A stretch of DNA of 63,988 nucleotides, filler included, from Octopus bimaculoides (Eukaryota): the NCBI RefSeq assembly GCF_001194135.2. It is 5 parts of 5 records of this genome, joined end to end, with 100 filler letters (N's around TTAATTAATTAA, not from the genome) between each part and the next. Parts side by side here need not be neighbours in the genome. Positions count along the whole stretch, not along the records: positions 32,286 to 63,988 come from NC_069004.1; 4 more parts are not named here. The stretch is one strand, 5' to 3'. A model generated the notes under the pieces. That model searched no databases and had not been told where the DNA came from. It saw only the letters and a program-made list of their open reading frames with translations. A program made the translations under genes and the position numbers. Each line of letters starts with the position of its first letter. Position 1 is the first letter of the stretch. Below, in pieces: positions 61,197 through 63,988 of this stretch.

Positions 61197-62013
61197 TTAA
61201 ATTTGATGACCCATTTTTCCAACACTGAATCTGTCAGTTTGCTGTTTTTTAACAATGATAATAATTTTACAAACAAAATCCTTCTCACCCTTTAAATCTG
61301 CCAAGTATGCTTTATCAGGCACAATTTCATTTGACTCAACCCTTGAAAGATGTCAAAGTGAGCAGTCATTTGGATTTGTGTTGACGGTTCGCTAGTTGAC
61401 AGAGAGATCATTAGTTTCAGTTATAAACACAAAACCATATGGCCGCCTGCTTTTGCGTCTCCCAGGAGTAGGGGTTAAATGAAATCATGCTTTCTAAAGC
61501 ATACTCATGAGTTCAAAGAGTCAACATGGTTTTTCCTCAAGAGAGAAACAAAAAAAAGAATCAGCGCAGGTGTGACTGTGTGGTTAAGAAAGCTCACGTT
61601 GCAACCATACAGTTTTGAGATCATCCCTACTGCACAGTACCTAGGGCAGGTGTCGAGTAATATAACTCCCAGGCCAATCAATGCCTTGTGAGTGGATTTG
61701 GTGGATGGAAACTGTATGGAAGCCCATCGTGTGTGTGTGTGTGTGTTTATTGGCAATATGCTGTGTTTGAGAAGTCAGGTAAAGCTAAGCAAATCCTGGT
61801 CGTTGTCAGGCACCCCATGTCATGCCAGTGACACATAAATAACACTCAGTCCACTCTGTAAGGTAGTTGGAATTAAGAAGGGCATCCAGCTATGGAAACC
61901 AAACCAAAACAGATGGCTGGAGCATGGTGCAGCTCCCCAGCTTACCGGTTCCGGTCAAACCATCGACCCATACCAACATGGAAAGAGGATGCATGATGAT
62001 GATGATATACACA

Positions 62014-62052
<39 letters not shown>

Positions 62053-63224
62053 ATCTCTGTATCAACCAGTCTATCAGATGTTGTTACACACCACTGGTCA
62101 CAATGCACTTCCTTGTTGTAGCCTTCAAATGATGCCATCCTGCCGGCTAGGTGGGTAAGCCTATATGTGTGCACATGCATGCATGTGTGTATGTGTGCGC
62201 GCGCGTAAGTGTGTATGTCACCACCCACCCACCCACTCACTACCTGACAGATGAGAGTACCATACTTAGGAAAAAAAGAAAAAGAACCCAAGTACTGAGA
62301 TGGATTTGTTCAACTAAACCCCTCAAGGTGGTACCCCAGCATGGCCACAGTCCAATGACTGAAACAAGCAGAAAATCTGTAACAGATAGAAGATACAATT
62401 ACAATTTGCTAGGATGACAGGAAAATAACTGGGCTCCACAGGATAACAACAACAACAACAATGGAAAGGAATGGAAATAAACTTTGGAACAGAGGCAGCA
62501 GAACAATGAAACCTTTTGTTACCATTTTTCTGCTGAAATACATTGTCTTAATTTCAGCTAATTGTTAAAACAATGAAAAATTTTGTAAAATAACTTTGAC
62601 CTTTTTAATGTTTGGAACATAAATAAACATGAAATTTTAATGGGAGGTTTTCATTTAGATTATTTTAAAACAGGCAAATTATATCCTAGAACTAAGGGTG
62701 GTCTCGGGTGTGTTGGTGATGCAGTTGACCAATTTGAGTGACACTCAATGAAGCAGGGGTTGTTTTCTCACCAACATGTAGTGTCTAGAGAATATATCAG
62801 ACATGGTTCAGAGTTGGTAGTTTTTAGTCACTTTGATATTATCATCACACACTCAATATTTATGAAAATGGATTCAAAGTCTGTTTCTATTCTGTCTTAA
62901 CTGTTTCATTACCATATTTCTGATCAAATAGTCTGCTTTTGTTTCAATTAATTTTGAAACAAATATCATTACTGTTGTTAGTAGTAGTAGTAGTGGCAGC
63001 AGCAGCAGCAGTAATATTTCATCTTTAATTTTAACATCTATTATTTTTGCCTTCTGGGATTCAATTGTTAAACATATTGGTTAATTAAGGCTGAGATTGA
63101 GTTTAGCCAGATTGGTGTTAAAAACTTCTACAGCTCTGCCAGAATATTTCACAAGTTTACACACAGCAGCTAACACTTATCAGATAGCAGCATGGGAGGA
63201 TAAAACAGATCAGGGAGAGGGACT

Positions 63225-63270
<46 letters not shown>

Positions 63271-63314
63271 GGTTTTGTGTATTATCACTTGACTATTCAA
63301 TCTTTTCTCACATG

Positions 63315-63354
<40 letters not shown>

Positions 63355-63736
63355 CAATGACCTAGGTTTCTGCAAGTAGCCTATGAAACCACATGAGGCT
63401 GAACCTAATTGTCTTAAATAAAAATATACTCTTTACTCTTTTACTTGTTTCAGTCATTTGACTGCGGCCATGCTAGAGCACTGCCTTTAGTCAAGCAAAT
63501 CGACCCAGGACTTATTCTTTGCAAGCCTAGTACTTATTTTATCAGTCTCGTTTGCCGAACCGCTATTATTAGGAGCTCATAAAAATATATAGTGTTTATT
63601 AAATAATATGTATCTCTCACCAGATGGAATACTTTTTTTGTTGATCTTACCTTCACAGAACAATCTACAGTGTGTGTGTGTGTGTGTGTATGTATATATG
63701 TATGTATGTATATGTATATATATATATATATATATA

Positions 63737-63988
63737 TCATCATCATCATCATCATCGTTTAACGTCCGCTTTCCATGCTAGCATGGGTTGGACGATTTGA
63801 CTGAGGACTGGTGAAACCGGATGGCAACACCAGGCTCCAGTCTGATTTGGCAGAGTTTCTACAGCTGGATGCCCTTCCTAACGCCAACCACTCAGAGAGT
63901 GTAGTGGGTGCTTTTACGTGTCACCCGCACGAAAACGGCCACGCTCGAAATGGTGTCTTTTATGTGCCACCCGCACAAGCCAGTCCAG
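63737..63988 (-). mobile_element. Young RTE-type 3' end / RTE-tailed SINE, runs off the window
   Basis: Same family as 53240-53400 and 56428-56740. Confidence 0.8.

Overview
Eukaryotic, AT-rich, gap-ridden DNA packed with microsatellites and SINEs. The repeat content is typical of an octopus (coleoid cephalopod) genome; this taxon call is an inference. The window is not one contiguous locus: four artificial 100-bp linkers (N44-TTAATTAATTAA-N44 at 10061-10160, 19781-19880, 29325-29424, 32186-32285) join five pieces, so adjacency across them is unproven. Piece A (1-10060) holds a >5.7-kb CpG-rich 60-bp satellite built of alternating inverted repeats, a ~300-bp foldback element, SINEs and the 5' part of a Tx1/L1-type LINE (ORF1 with a broken CCHC knuckle, start of the APE endonuclease ORF2). 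Piece B (10161-19780) holds a LINE 3' end with three C2H2 fingers, an intact tRNA-Thr(UGU) gene, and three phase-compatible exons. These encode a small cysteine-rich protein resembling the membrane-proximal furin-like segment of invertebrate EGFR ectodomains, but it stops with no transmembrane or kinase region; this is the most interesting coding signal. Piece C (19881-29324) holds an inverted pair of Penelope-like RT fragments, a Hero/R2-type LINE tail and a decayed mariner. Pieces D and E (29425-63988) contain no exon I can support: microsatellites, SINEs, RTE tails, MITEs, several strong hairpins and a few enhancer-like unique islands. There is no CRISPR array, rRNA or prokaryotic content. 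All alignments and family assignments were made by eye or from memory, without database searches.
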